A DNA stretch of 64,000 nt from Flavobacteriales bacterium (GTDB taxonomy: Bacteria > Bacteroidota > Bacteroidia > Palsa-965). Below, one piece after another: positions 37,486 to 48,061 of the stretch (its first letter is position 1; each line of letters starts with the position of its first letter). The translations under genes and the position numbers were made by a program. The stretch spans positions 163,880-227,879 of the forward strand of contig JBEIPA010000007.1 in NCBI GenBank assembly GCA_040377305.1, given 5' to 3'. Under the pieces are notes generated by a model. It worked only from the letters and a program-made list of their open reading frames with translations, had not been told where the DNA came from and did not search any database.

Positions 37486-40002
37486 TTATTCCTGCCAATA
37501 GACGCGTTTCACTCTAGGGCTTACATTCGTTAACACTTCATAGGCAATCGTCCCCATATCTTTCGCAACATCTTCAATGGAATGTTCGTTGTCGAATACA
37601 ATCACAGGATCGCCTTCTTTGCAGGTAATACCCGTGACGTCGAGCATACACATGTCCATGCAGACATTGCCAACAATGCGCGCAGGTTTGTTGTTCACCC
37701 ACATTTTTCCTTTGCCATTGCTGAGTACGCGGTGTAATCCATCGGCATAACCAATAGGAACAGTAGCAATAATCATATTGTCTTCTGCAACACCTTTGCG
37801 TGAATAGCCGATCGTATCTTCTTTATTCACTTGACGCAACTGTGAAATCGTAGTGCGAAGTGTGCTTACATTTTTCAAATGCTTCCGGTCACTTTCTTCG
37901 GTTGCAATTCCGTAGAGACCTATTCCGAGCCGCACCATTTCAAATTGTGCATCGGGAAAACGAAGAATGCCCGATGAATTCAGAATGTGTCGCAGAAAAG
38001 GATAATCAAAATGCTTTTTCATTTCCTCGCAGATCTTCGTGAATTGCTTCACTTGTTTGCGGGTAAATTCATCATGTTCTGCTTCGTCACTTGCAACAAG
38101 ATGAGAGAAGACTGAACGGATCGTGAGATCTTTGGAATTCTTCAGGCGCACAACAAGCTCGTTCAATTCTTCTTCAGCAAAACCGAGACGTTTCATTCCG
38201 GTGTCGAACTTGATATGTACTGGAACCGGCGGAACATCCGGACGTATTTTTCGGTAACGGCGCGCGGCTTCTTCGAACTGGTGCAATACACGGAATGAAT
38301 AAATTTCCGGTTCGAGTTTGTATGCAATCATGGTATCGTAGCTCTGTTCTTCGGGATTCATCACCATAATGGGCAATGAAATTCCGGAGCGACGTAAATC
38401 ACTTCCTTCGTCGGCATAAGCAACTGCGAGATAATTCACCCGGTGAAACTGCAGAATGTTTGCAATCTCAAAGCTGCCACTACCGTACGAGAATGCTTTC
38501 ACCATGCACATGAGTTGCGTTCCGGGATTCAATCGCGAACGAACATAGTTCAGGTTATGCACCATTGCGCTGAGGTCAATTTCCAAAACGGTCTCATGCG
38601 ATTTTTGCTGCAGCAGCTTACTGATGTTCTCGAACTCAAATGCACGCGCACCTTTCAGCAAAATGGTTTCGTTGTGAAACGCATTGTTCTCAAACTCGTT
38701 GATGAATTCCTGCGTCGAAGAATAGAACGTCGAAGGAATATCTGTGAACCGCTCTTTTTGTCGAGACAAAGCCGGGCCGATTCCAACAAAACGCTGAACA
38801 CCTTTTGATTTTACGAGCAATGCTACTTCGATGTAGAGCTCTTCTTCTTTTTTTCCGCTCTGCAGAATATCGGAAAGAATGAGTGTGCGTTTCGGATGCT
38901 GTTGCTGTGCATTCAGAAAATCTAATGCAACGGAAAGCGAACCAACATCTGAATTGTAGCTGTCGTTGATGACAGAACAATTATTCAGTCCGCTTTTCAT
39001 TTCGAGCCGCATGGCAACCGGAGAAAGCTGGCTGAATCTCCGCAAGATTAATTCCGGGTGTTTGGTCAGACTGTGGGTCGTCGATGGGTGACGATCAGAA
39101 GAAAGTTCCAGAATTAAAGCCCAGCAATGAATTGCGTTTTCTACCGACGCATCATCGATGAACGGAATCGTGATATCGTGAAAGCTGTTGTTATAAATCG
39201 CCTGAATGAGCGTTTCCGATTTGCGCTTGTCGACCTTTGAAATCTGCAGGTCTGCTTTCGTTTTGCGCGACCAGGTGAATGTTTTCACACCGAGCAATTT
39301 GATTTCGGTATGTGTTGGGAGATCATCTTTGCAGTAGATGATTACCTGCGCATCTTTCGCAAGTTTCAGTTTCTCTTTCGTTTTCTGATCGCGGTCCGTG
39401 AAATTCTCATCGTGTGCCGTGCCGATATTCGTAATAAGCACAACATCCGGACGAATAATCGCATTGAGCTTTTCCATTTCACCCGGACGGGAAATTCCCG
39501 CCTCGAAAATTCCCAGTGTGTTGGCAGCGCTCATGTTCCAGATGGAAAGAGGCACACCAACTTGTGAATTGTAGCTTTTCGGGCTTCTCACAATGGAGAA
39601 TTCATCGCGCAACAATTGCCAGATCCATTCTTTGACAATGGTTTTACCGTTGCTACCGGTGATGGCAATAACGGGGAACGAAAATTTATCGCGGTGTGAA
39701 GCTCCGAGTTGTTGTAAAGCCTGGAGTGCATCGTCGACAATTACAAAGGAAGCTTCACTGCATTCTGTTACGTGTTTTTCATTCTCTTTCGTAATGATGA
39801 AAGCACGAACACCGCGCGTGTATAAATCAGCAATGTACGTGTGTCCATCGTGACGTTCGCCCGGAATAGCAACGAACAAAACTCCAACCGGCGCAGACAA
39901 ACTGCGACTGTCGATGAGGAGTTGATGAACTTCCACATCTTCACGTATCACTGAATTCACAGCGCCGCACGCTTTAGCTATTTCAGAAAGTTTGTAGCTC
40001 AC
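37486..40002 (-). CDS. alr: Bifunctional MurF-like ligase / alanine racemase
   Basis: [31 protein letters not shown]; racemase [37 protein letters not shown]. Confidence 0.95.
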   Translation of the reverse strand: MSYKLSEIAKACGAVNSVIREDVEVHQLLIDSRSLSAPVGVLFVAIPGERHDGHTYIADLYTRGVRAFIITKENEKHVTECSEASFVIVDDALQALQQLGASHRDKFSFPVIAITGSNGKTIVKEWIWQLLRDEFSIVRSPKSYNSQVGVPLSIWNMSAANTLGIFEAGISRPGEMEKLNAIIRPDVVLITNIGTAHDENFTDRDQKTKEKLKLAKDAQVIIYCKDDLPTHTEIKLLGVKTFTWSRKTKADLQISKVDKRKSETLIQAIYNNSFHDITIPFIDDASVENAIHCWALILELSSDRHPSTTHSLTKHPELILRRFSQLSPVAMRLEMKSGLNNCSVINDSYNSDVGSLSVALDFLNAQQQHPKRTLILSDILQSGKKEEELYIEVALLVKSKGVQRFVGIGPALSRQKERFTDIPSTFYSSTQEFINEFENNAFHNETILLKGARAFEFENISKLLQQKSHETVLEIDLSAMVHNLNYVRSRLNPGTQLMCMVKAFSYGSGSFEIANILQFHRVNYLAVAYADEGSDLRRSGISLPIMVMNPEEQSYDTMIAYKLEPEIYSFRVLHQFEEAARRYRKIRPDVPPVPVHIKFDTGMKRLGFAEEELNELVVRLKNSKDLTIRSVFSHLVASDEAEHDEFTRKQVKQFTKICEEMKKHFDYPFLRHILNSSGILRFPDAQFEMVRLGIGLYGIATEESDRKHLKNVSTLRTTISQLRQVNKEDTIGYSRKGVAEDNMIIATVPIGYADGLHRVLSNGKGKMWVNNKPARIVGNVCMDMCMLDVTGITCKEGDPVIVFDNEHSIEDVAKDMGTIAYEVLTNVSPRVKRVYWQE

Positions 40003-40589
40003 GATTTTGCTTCTTCAAGAATTGCTTTATCGAAACAATCGCGGCATAGAGGCTCGTAGCTGTCTTTCTCGCCTAATTGTACAACCGTGTCGCCACCAGC
40101 AATTCGGTGAGAATGATTGGCAAGTTGTCCGCAACGCATACAGATCGCGTGAACTTTAGTCACATATTCGGCAGTGGCCATCAATTGTGGAACCGGCCCG
40201 AAAGGTTTTCCACGGAAGTCCATATCGAGTCCGGCAACAATTACACGTATTCCCTGAGCTGCCAACTGGTTGCAAACCTGCACCAAACCTTCGTCGAAGA
40301 ACTGGGCTTCGTCGATCCCGACCACGTCACAATCTGCCGCGAGCAATGGGATATTCGCGGAACCTTGAACCGGCGTCGAGTGAATTTCGTTGGAATCGTG
40401 GGAAACTACTTTGATTTCGTGGTAACGCGTGTCGACTGACGGCTTGAAGATTTCGACCTTCATCCTGGCAAACTGGGCGCGTTTCAATCGCCGGATGAGC
40501 TCTTCCGTTTTTCCGGAGAACATTGACCCGCAAACCACTTCAATCCAACCGCGGCGCTTGTTAGTATGTGATACGTTCTCTAGAAACAT
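39999..40589 (-). CDS. tdk: Thymidine kinase
   Basis: [30 protein letters not shown]...CR.C zinc site. Confidence 0.97.
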   Translation of the reverse strand: MFLENVSHTNKRRGWIEVVCGSMFSGKTEELIRRLKRAQFARMKVEIFKPSVDTRYHEIKVVSHDSNEIHSTPVQGSANIPLLAADCDVVGIDEAQFFDEGLVQVCNQLAAQGIRVIVAGLDMDFRGKPFGPVPQLMATAEYVTKVHAICMRCGQLANHSHRIAGGDTVVQLGEKDSYEPLCRDCFDKAILEEAKS

Positions 40590-40741
40590 AGATCAGTAGG
40601 CAGTGGTGCATCCCGGTAGCTATCGGGATGGTAGTTGGCAGTCGACGGGCTTAAAAGTATCTCTGTTAACACCTATATTTGTGCGGGTTTTTACGAATAT
40701 CAAAGTTACACTTTTCCAGTCGGGTTACTCCTCTCAGAATT

Positions 40742-41386
40742 ATGCAAAAGGCTAATAAGAATGATGTCCGCAAAGAGATTGCCGATCTCATCACTCGCAT
40801 CAAGGAACAGTCGGACCGCATTGGTAAGGAACGCGACATTCCGCAGCGCGAATTGGACCTCATACTTTACCGGATTGAAGAGTTACACAAGAAGACGGTG
40901 GTGTGGGCGTATCTGAACGAACTGCCGGTAGATGTTCCCGGTTCCGAGTTCCCGGTACCCGGTTCTGAAACGAAAGTTCCGGTTGCTGAAAACGTGAAGC
41001 CGGTTGAAGTGCCGAAGGTTGTTGAAGCACCAAAAATTGTTGTGGAGGAAAAAATTGTTCCACCACCAACTCCTGTTCCGGCTTCTGAGCCTGTGGTTGT
41101 GAAGCAGGCTGAACCTGTACCGCAAAAAGAGGCATTGAAAGGTCCGGTGTCAACGATGAAAGACGTAAGAACGTTCATCGGCATCAACGAAAAAATCATG
41201 TACATCCGCCAGGTTTTCAAAGGCGATGACATTGCATACAATACGGCTATTGAGAAAATCAACAACATGAATTCGTGGGCGGAAGCGCAATCGTATCTTT
41301 CTGTGCTTGCCGAAAGTTACAAATGGGGCAAACACGATGAGCCCGTGGAGATTTTTACGCAGACGGTAAAGCGTCGTTTTTCATAG
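40742..41386 (+). CDS. Conserved-type Bacteroidota hypothetical protein (helical N-terminus, Pro/Val linker, C-terminal IGINEK...RRF domain)
   Basis: ATG at 40742 downstream of tatatttg (40674-40681); C-terminal IGINEKIMYIRQVFKGD...W...F...VKRRFS. Confidence 0.75.
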   Translation: MQKANKNDVRKEIADLITRIKEQSDRIGKERDIPQRELDLILYRIEELHKKTVVWAYLNELPVDVPGSEFPVPGSETKVPVAENVKPVEVPKVVEAPKIVVEEKIVPPPTPVPASEPVVVKQAEPVPQKEALKGPVSTMKDVRTFIGINEKIMYIRQVFKGDDIAYNTAIEKINNMNSWAEAQSYLSVLAESYKWGKHDEPVEIFTQTVKRRFS

Positions 41387-41593
41387 ATCATGTCAGGAGG
41401 AACCTCAGCACATAGTTTGTTCGCTTCGCGATCAAAAAATAAAAAAAGAGAGGGGAGTCGCGTTTTTTCGTACAAATATTTAGTCGCTAACGCGACTGCT
41501 TACCACTGGAGAAATCAAATAATTGCCGGAACGGAATCGCGCAGCACAAAAGCGCAGTATGCTGCTTCTTCAGGCAATTATTTGGTTTCTAAC

Positions 41594-42964
41594 ATGAGCG
41601 CTTTAGCAGAATGGCATCAGAGATGCCAGATATTTGTCAAAACATCGCTTCCTCTTTTTTTATTTTTTGTTTTCGCGTCGGGCGCAAGCCTGAACGCTCA
41701 GGATAAAGCGTACGCACGAAAAGTCATCGACACACTGGCTTCTCCTGGCATGCACGGACGTGGTTACGTGAGCAACGGACATATCATTGCTTCTGACTAT
41801 ATCGCGAATGAATACAAGTCGTTTGGATTGTTGTCGTTCGAAAAGTCGGGGAGCTTCTTTCAGGAATTTTCTTTTCCGGTGAATACATTTCCGGGAAAAG
41901 TAGATGTAACATTCGAGTTTGCGGACGGAAGAAAAGAAAAATGTTTGCCCGGCGATAAATTTCTTGTGCGTAGCTATTCTCCGAGTGTAAAAGGCTGTTA
42001 CAATGTAGTACGCCTCGATTCATCCGTCGTGTATTCTGATAGTAAGTGGAATGAATTCATGGCGAAGAGCCACAAAAAGGATTTTGTTCTCGTAGACACA
42101 ACACATGTTCGCGACAAAGCACAACTTACAAAGCTCACCAACTTCGTGAAGTATCCACCGGCGGTGAAAGGAATTTTACTTCCTGTAGTGTTGACACACA
42201 TTGAAGGAAGTGATCATTGTTCAAAGCTCACGCCGTGGGATTTCTCGACAACACAATCTACGATTCCGGTATTGGAAATTGATCCAACACTTGCGCAAGC
42301 GACGAAGATTGATGTAAATATTGTTGCGAAGTTCTTGCCGAATTGTCAGTCAAGAAATGTTGTCGGATACGTTCGCGGGTCGGAACAGCCCGATAGTTTT
42401 ATTGTTTTCACTGCACATTACGATCACCTCGGCCGTATGGGCAAAGAAGTTTACTTTCCCGGCGCAAACGACAATGCAAGCGGAATTGCTATGATGTTGA
42501 ATCTGGCCAAGTATTATTCTTCTCCTGCAAACAAACCGAAGTATTCAATTGCCTTCATTGCATTCGGTGCAGAAGAAGTGGGATTGATCGGCTCTGCGTA
42601 TTTCGTGCTTCATCCGTTGATTCCGTTGGCCCGAATCCATTTCCTCGTAAACATGGATATTCTAGGAACAGGAGATGAAGGAATCACTGTCGTGAATGCA
42701 ACGTTGCATAATCCGGAGTTCGTGAAGCTGAAAGAGATCAACGACACGAATAACTATTTGCCATTGATCAAACCGCGGGGCAAAGCTTCGATCAGCGATC
42801 ATTATTTCTTTACCGAGAGAGGTGTGCCGTGTTTCTACATTTATACATTGGGGGGAATCAAAGCATATCATGATACCTGTGATAAGCCGGGAACACTACC
42901 GTTGACAGAATACGATGATCTGTTTCTGCTGCTGACCGGGTTTACGGATTGGCTGCAGGATTAG
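41594..42964 (+). CDS. M28-family peptidase
   Basis: LAS..MHGRGY, TAHYDHLG, GANDNASG, FGAEEVGLIGS, NMDILG, SDH, YH...D. The start is uncertain; the track start at 41390 is probably too long. Confidence 0.88.
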   Translation: MSALAEWHQRCQIFVKTSLPLFLFFVFASGASLNAQDKAYARKVIDTLASPGMHGRGYVSNGHIIASDYIANEYKSFGLLSFEKSGSFFQEFSFPVNTFPGKVDVTFEFADGRKEKCLPGDKFLVRSYSPSVKGCYNVVRLDSSVVYSDSKWNEFMAKSHKKDFVLVDTTHVRDKAQLTKLTNFVKYPPAVKGILLPVVLTHIEGSDHCSKLTPWDFSTTQSTIPVLEIDPTLAQATKIDVNIVAKFLPNCQSRNVVGYVRGSEQPDSFIVFTAHYDHLGRMGKEVYFPGANDNASGIAMMLNLAKYYSSPANKPKYSIAFIAFGAEEVGLIGSAYFVLHPLIPLARIHFLVNMDILGTGDEGITVVNATLHNPEFVKLKEINDTNNYLPLIKPRGKASISDHYFFTERGVPCFYIYTLGGIKAYHDTCDKPGTLPLTEYDDLFLLLTGFTDWLQD

Positions 42965-42965
42965 G

Positions 42966-43159
42966 GGAACGCGGATTTTGATTTTCGATAGGTGTTAGTC
43001 TCTCGCCCGGATGAGTGTTGTAATTTGGGAAGGTCTGATTTTGGATTTTATGAGATAGGTTTGAGTTTATCTCATTAGATCAAATAGCACGCGTTGTAGT
43101 TCAAGCTGAGTGATTCGAGAGAAGGACTAGCAAGCAACAAACCTCAAAATCCGCGTTCC
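42966..43159. repeat. Nested palindromic element, copy D
   Basis: ggaacgcggattttga ... ggattttatgagata-ggtttgagtt-tatctcat ... tcaaaatccgcgttcc. Confidence 0.88.
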
Positions 43160-43181
43160 ATTTTCCGACTATCTTTGATCA

Positions 43182-43880
43182 ATGTCCAAACTCTACGTCA
43201 TCCCAACTCCAATCGGTAATCTCGAAGACATTACGCTTCGTGCATTGCGCATTCTCAAGGAAGTGGATTTAGTTCTTGCCGAAGACACGCGCACCACCGG
43301 ATTTTTGCTGAAGCATTTTGAAATCAGTAAACCAATGTGGTCGCACCACGCACACAATGAACACAGCGCGATTGATTCAATAGTTGATAAGATCAATAGC
43401 GGAACGACGATCGCACTGGTAAGCGACGCTGGTACCCCGGGAATTTCTGATCCGGGTTTTGTATTGGTTCGTGAATGCATACGCAAAGGAATTCATGTCG
43501 AGTGTTTGCCTGGACCAACAGCATTTGTTCCTGCGCTTGTCCAATCGGGATTGCCCTGTGATCAATTTATGTTTGCCGGATTTCTCCCGCAGAAAAAAGG
43601 CCGCAAAACACGACTGGAGACATTAGCGAAGCACGATAAAACAATTGTGTTGTACGAATCGCCTTTCCGCCTGGTGAAAGCGTTGGCAGAAATAGGGCAA
43701 TACTTTGGCGAAGATCGCCCGGTTGCTGTTTGCAGAGAGCTCACGAAGCTTCATGAAGAGACATTCAGAGGGACAGCGAAAGAAGCGCATGATCATTTTG
43801 CATCGAAAACAGTGAAAGGTGAGATTGTCATCATTATCGGCGGAGCACAGGAAGGGCCGCAAGACGATTCTGGAGATTAA
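43182..43880 (+). CDS. rsmI: 16S rRNA (cytidine1402-2'-O)-methyltransferase
   Basis: PTPIGNLEDITLRA, AEDTR, VSDAGTPGISDPG, YESPFRL, CRELTKLHEE. Confidence 0.97.
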   Translation: MSKLYVIPTPIGNLEDITLRALRILKEVDLVLAEDTRTTGFLLKHFEISKPMWSHHAHNEHSAIDSIVDKINSGTTIALVSDAGTPGISDPGFVLVRECIRKGIHVECLPGPTAFVPALVQSGLPCDQFMFAGFLPQKKGRKTRLETLAKHDKTIVLYESPFRLVKALAEIGQYFGEDRPVAVCRELTKLHEETFRGTAKEAHDHFASKTVKGEIVIIIGGAQEGPQDDSGD

Positions 43881-44011
43881 CAAGTGTGCTGTTCGCTGCA
43901 GACGATTAAATGGCCCTTCGACAGACTCAGCATAAATGTGCCGATTTCTGATGTGCCTATTCCCGTAACCGGAACATAGAACCGGGAACATTTCGTACTT
44001 TTCCCACCTCA

Positions 44012-45085
44012 ATGAAACAGGAGCAACACGAGAATGTTGGAGTACCACCCGGAACACTGCAATATGTGGGTCGCGAGACTACAGCAGAGGTTGTGGTTAC
44101 GGTTCTCGAGTTCAATGAATTCGACTATTCCGAAACCCGTCACACCGACGTTGAGGCAGAAATGCTGAACGTTCGTAACGGCATGGTTCGCTGGATCAAC
44201 GTGGAAGGTGTTCACAACACAGAGCTCGTGGAGAAGATCGGGCGCATCTATGATATTCACCCGCTCACACTCGAGGATATTGTAAACACAAACCAACGTC
44301 CGAAATTCGAAGAGTATGACACGTACCTCGTGAACATCATGAAAATGATTTACGAGGAAGAGAACGTAAAAAAAGGTGACGATATTTTCGTTTCCGAGCA
44401 ACTTGCGATTCTCATCATGAACAAGCGCACGGTCATTTCATTTCAGGAAGCGGATGGAGGAGATGTGTTTGATATCATCCGCACGAGAATTCGTCAAGGA
44501 AAAGGACGCATCAGAAAAGCAGGAGCGGATTATCTCGCATATTGTCTGATTGATGCTGTTGTCGATTCATACTTCGCAGTTCTCGAGCATTTCGGTGACG
44601 AGATGGAGAAGATGGAAGATCAGCTTGTAGGAAATCCGAAACAGGAGTTGATCAGAAAGCTGTACGATCTCAAGCGACAGATGATTTATCTGCGCAAAGC
44701 CGTTTGGCCGATGCGTGATATGGTAAACAATATCGAGCGGAGTGAATCGGAACTGATGACGCCGGCAACACTTGTCTACTTGCGTGACGCGCACGATCAC
44801 ATTGTGCGCGTAATCGATACGGTTGAAACGTACCGTGATCTCCTTTCCGGAATGATCGACCTCTACATGACCAGTCAGGGCTACCGTATGAACGAAGTCA
44901 TGAAAACGATGACGATCATCACCACGATTTTCGTTCCGTTGACATTCATCGTAGGTGTGTATGGAATGAACTTCGATACCATGCCCGAATTACGAACAAC
45001 ATTCGGATATTACGTCGTGTGGCTTGTAATGATCATCATAGTCGTCTTGCTATTCATTTTCTTCCGCGTCAAAAAATGGCTCTAA
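44012..45085 (+). CDS. corA: Magnesium/cobalt transporter CorA
   Basis: IHPLTLEDI...QRPK, MNEVMK, YGMNF..MPEL. Confidence 0.96.
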   Translation: MKQEQHENVGVPPGTLQYVGRETTAEVVVTVLEFNEFDYSETRHTDVEAEMLNVRNGMVRWINVEGVHNTELVEKIGRIYDIHPLTLEDIVNTNQRPKFEEYDTYLVNIMKMIYEEENVKKGDDIFVSEQLAILIMNKRTVISFQEADGGDVFDIIRTRIRQGKGRIRKAGADYLAYCLIDAVVDSYFAVLEHFGDEMEKMEDQLVGNPKQELIRKLYDLKRQMIYLRKAVWPMRDMVNNIERSESELMTPATLVYLRDAHDHIVRVIDTVETYRDLLSGMIDLYMTSQGYRMNEVMKTMTIITTIFVPLTFIVGVYGMNFDTMPELRTTFGYYVVWLVMIIIVVLLFIFFRVKKWL

Positions 45086-45798
45086 AAAATTTTATTCCAC
45101 TCGCGTTTTTGTTTCTCCTGTCTTGTGGCGATGCAAGTGATGACACTGCAAGTGATTCTGCTGTCATCGATTCAACGATGCGTGCGAACATGGCGCAGAT
45201 GGATTCCGTAGCCCGTGCAGCAAAGGACACTGTGTTTCATACTGCTCTTCCGCCTGTATTCGAGGGCGATATCATCATGGAAGTTTATGGTGCCGATCAA
45301 CCTAAGTTGTGGGGAGAATTAATGGGAGGTAAATACAATCACTGCGGCATGATCATGATGCGGCCGAAAGACGGAATGCTCTGTGTTGTGGATGTCCTGG
45401 ATTCGGTTCGTCTCACGGAACTTACGTCGTATGTCGATCGTGCAGAAGGCGGAAAGCTATGTGTGCTCCGACTAAAAAATGCGAACGCGACTTTAAACGA
45501 AGAAAAAGTAAAAGCACTCAAGGCATCGGCAAAAGCCTACAAGGGAATTCCGTATGATGCAGTATTAAATTGGGACGACTCGCACATGTATCCGGCAGAA
45601 CTGGTCTGGAAAATTTACAACAATGCGATGATGCTCACATTGTGCGAGAAGACGAAAGTTGATTCGTTCCATATTTCTTCTGATCGTCAAATGGAAGTTG
45701 GCAAACTATATGGCGGCGCAGTAAGTCCGCGCGACGAGGCTATTTCCATTGACGATATTTACAATTCGCCGAAGCTGGAAATTATTTACGAAAAGTAG
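45076..45798 (+). CDS. YiiX/YebB-like permuted NlpC/P60 lipoprotein, catalytic Cys absent
   Basis: Lipobox FLLSC; GDIIM, YNHCG, YKGIPYD...WDD..MYPAELVWKIY (family consensus YCSELV). Confidence 0.78.
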   Translation: MALKNFIPLAFLFLLSCGDASDDTASDSAVIDSTMRANMAQMDSVARAAKDTVFHTALPPVFEGDIIMEVYGADQPKLWGELMGGKYNHCGMIMMRPKDGMLCVVDVLDSVRLTELTSYVDRAEGGKLCVLRLKNANATLNEEKVKALKASAKAYKGIPYDAVLNWDDSHMYPAELVWKIYNNAMMLTLCEKTKVDSFHISSDRQMEVGKLYGGAVSPRDEAISIDDIYNSPKLEIIYEK

Positions 45799-45952
45799 AA
45801 GTAGTTCTAAGTTCTAAGTTCACGGTTTGGCAACCGTGCGATTCAATACTGTAGAACCTGAAACCTGGAGGATTTACAGAGATTTTCTTGTTAAAATGAC
45901 CGAGTTGAGCACGCTTTTTGCTGTAAATTCGTGCAATCAAACACCTATTCTT

Positions 45953-46942
45953 ATGAAACGACTTTTTACGCTTCTGTTCTTGCCTCTTGCTTTTGCTTTG
46001 CATGCCGGCAATTCATTTACATCTAAACACACATTTACAACCGAGTCTGTAGTTTATGGAGTTGCCCCTGTATCGGCAGACACCAATCAGCTCGATGCCA
46101 ACGGACAAAAAAATGGTTTCTGGAACGAGCGTCTTGGAGGGTATGAGTGGCACGGATATTATGTTGGCGGAAAGAAGCATGGCACATTCACTGGATATCC
46201 GCTGGGTCTTCCAATGTTCGCGTTTGTTGAAACATACAACATGGGCAAGAAAGATGGAATGTTTCTTTCGGCAGATCGCGCAGGTTACATCATCAAAGAA
46301 GAACATTACCGCAACGATTCACTCGACGGATTTTCACGCACGTTTTACACTGGTGGACGTTTGAAAACAGAAGCTCGTTACAAAAACGGTAAGCTTGATG
46401 GGTTCAAGCGCGTTTACAATTCGGGAAACAAAGTTTCTGAAGAGGGATTTTATGTGAATGGAGTGCGTCATGGTGTAAATCGCTGGTATTACACAGACGG
46501 AAAGCTGAACACGGAATCGACATACATCAACGGGAAAGTAGAAGGTGTAATGAAGTCGTACTACCAGAACGGTAATGTGATGAGCACAACGAACTACAAG
46601 AACGATGAAATTGAAGGCGAGTTTGTTGAGTTTCATGAGAACGGAAAAATCAAAACAAAAGGAACATACGCTAAGAGTAAAGAAGTAGGTAAGTGGGTTG
46701 AGTATTACGACGGTGGAACAGTTTACCTGCAAGGCGAATACAAAAATGGCCAGCGCGTGGGAACGTGGACCGAGAAATCAGAAGACGGAAAAACAACTGC
46801 CACTGTGAAGTACAAAGACGGTAAAGTTGCTTCCGGCGCATTCACGGGTGCTCATCCAAAACCAAAGATTGTGGAGACGCCAGCACCTGCACCAGCACCA
46901 GCACCGGGTGGACATCATCCTGGTGACGGTCATAATCATTGA
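45953..46942 (+). CDS. Exported MORN-variant (YwqK-like) repeat protein with a Pro/His-rich tail
   Basis: Signal MKRLFTLLFLPLAFALHA; about 10 repeats of Y..G...G....YY..G; C-terminus PAPAPAPAPGGHHPGDGHNH. Confidence 0.85.
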   Translation: MKRLFTLLFLPLAFALHAGNSFTSKHTFTTESVVYGVAPVSADTNQLDANGQKNGFWNERLGGYEWHGYYVGGKKHGTFTGYPLGLPMFAFVETYNMGKKDGMFLSADRAGYIIKEEHYRNDSLDGFSRTFYTGGRLKTEARYKNGKLDGFKRVYNSGNKVSEEGFYVNGVRHGVNRWYYTDGKLNTESTYINGKVEGVMKSYYQNGNVMSTTNYKNDEIEGEFVEFHENGKIKTKGTYAKSKEVGKWVEYYDGGTVYLQGEYKNGQRVGTWTEKSEDGKTTATVKYKDGKVASGAFTGAHPKPKIVETPAPAPAPAPGGHHPGDGHNH

Positions 46943-46990
46943 TCATTTGTTAGTGGAGATTTAGTATTCGGAATTAATCACTGTGGAATT

Positions 46991-47643
46991 ATGAGTTCAT
47001 TGAAGAAGCCACTGGCATTGGTAGGAGCAGGAGTGGCAATAATGGTTGGCGTGTGGTTTATCATTCCGCATGATCAGCCCGTGAAGGATGTTCCGTATTA
47101 CGATCCCATTGAGGAAGGAATTAAGAAGGACATAAAGCCGGGAGAGCATCACACCGTTCTCGATTTCACGCTTGTTAATCAGAATGGCGATACGATTACC
47201 CGAGACGATGTAAAAGGAAAAATCTGCGTAGTGGAATTTTTCTTCACCACGTGCAAGGGAATTTGTCCGCTCATGAACACGCAGATGAAACGCATGTACG
47301 AGGAGTTCAAAGGCAACGACACGGTTGTGTTTCTTTCGCACACGGTAATCCTGAAAACGATTCTGTTTCTGTGATGCGTGATCACGCGGCAAGTTTTGGA
47401 GCTGATGCAAAACAGTGGCATTTTCTTACCGGTGATAAGGCGCAGCTCTACATGCTGGCGAGAAAATCGTATCTCGTTTCTGACACAGAAGGCGACGGAT
47501 CAAAAGAAGATTTTGTTCACTCCGAAAAATTCACGCTGATTGATTCGGAAGGACATATCCGCGGCATGTGCAATGGAACGATAGAAGGAGAAGTTGATCT
47601 GATGATGAATGATGTGAGGCAGTTGCTGAAGGAGATGAAATGA
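46991..47643 (+). pseudogene. SCO1/SenC-family copper chaperone split by a 1-bp frameshift (or a sequencing error)
   Basis: Frame 1 has FFFTTCKGICP...FLSHTV. The continuation NPENDSV...WHFLTG...FVHSEKFTLID.EGHIRG is in another frame. One extra A at 47347-47348 (GTA AAT CCT) restores the ORF. Confidence 0.85.
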
Positions 47644-48061
47644 TTCCGAAATTCCGGATTCAACATTCCGAAATACCAAACCTGGAATCACGGAATTAGT
47701 CTCTCGGACACTTCTTACAAGCTTTATCCTTCTTGTAATTCTTACAGCACTTTTTCTTCTTTTTGCTATCACCGCCGTAAAGCTGAAGCAGAATGCACGG
47801 ACGTTCAACAACGGAACATTCCGATGCTTGCTCAAATTCGTGCTCGTGATTATTTGATTTCACGATGCAAAGAACGCATCCCGATCTCAGGCCGGCAATA
47901 CCGTATCAAGGGTATAATTGCATGGGAATTCCAGAGTGCCACATGGGTATTCAGGTCCAAATCGCCATTTTTGCACCAGAATTGCAGGTAGGATGTAAAT
48001 CGAAATGGATTGTTGGGGCAACCTATGCTCTACATCATCGACTTACTAAAAAGCAACAGCA

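Noticed and set aside
37486-40002. MurF-alanine racemase fusion and DAHP synthase-chorismate mutase fusion (48822-49931) as novelties
   Set aside because: Both fusions are well known in Bacteroidota.
45953-46942. Toxin-antitoxin system (YwqK antitoxin label), also for 58696-60402
   Set aside because: Only generic MORN-variant repeats with signal peptides; no adjacent toxin.
47642-47857. Open frame with a hydrophobic stretch (TLLTSFILLVILTALFLLFAITAV) after SCO
   Set aside because: No in-frame start codon before the hydrophobic part, and it begins in a repeat; it could be T-rich intergenic DNA.
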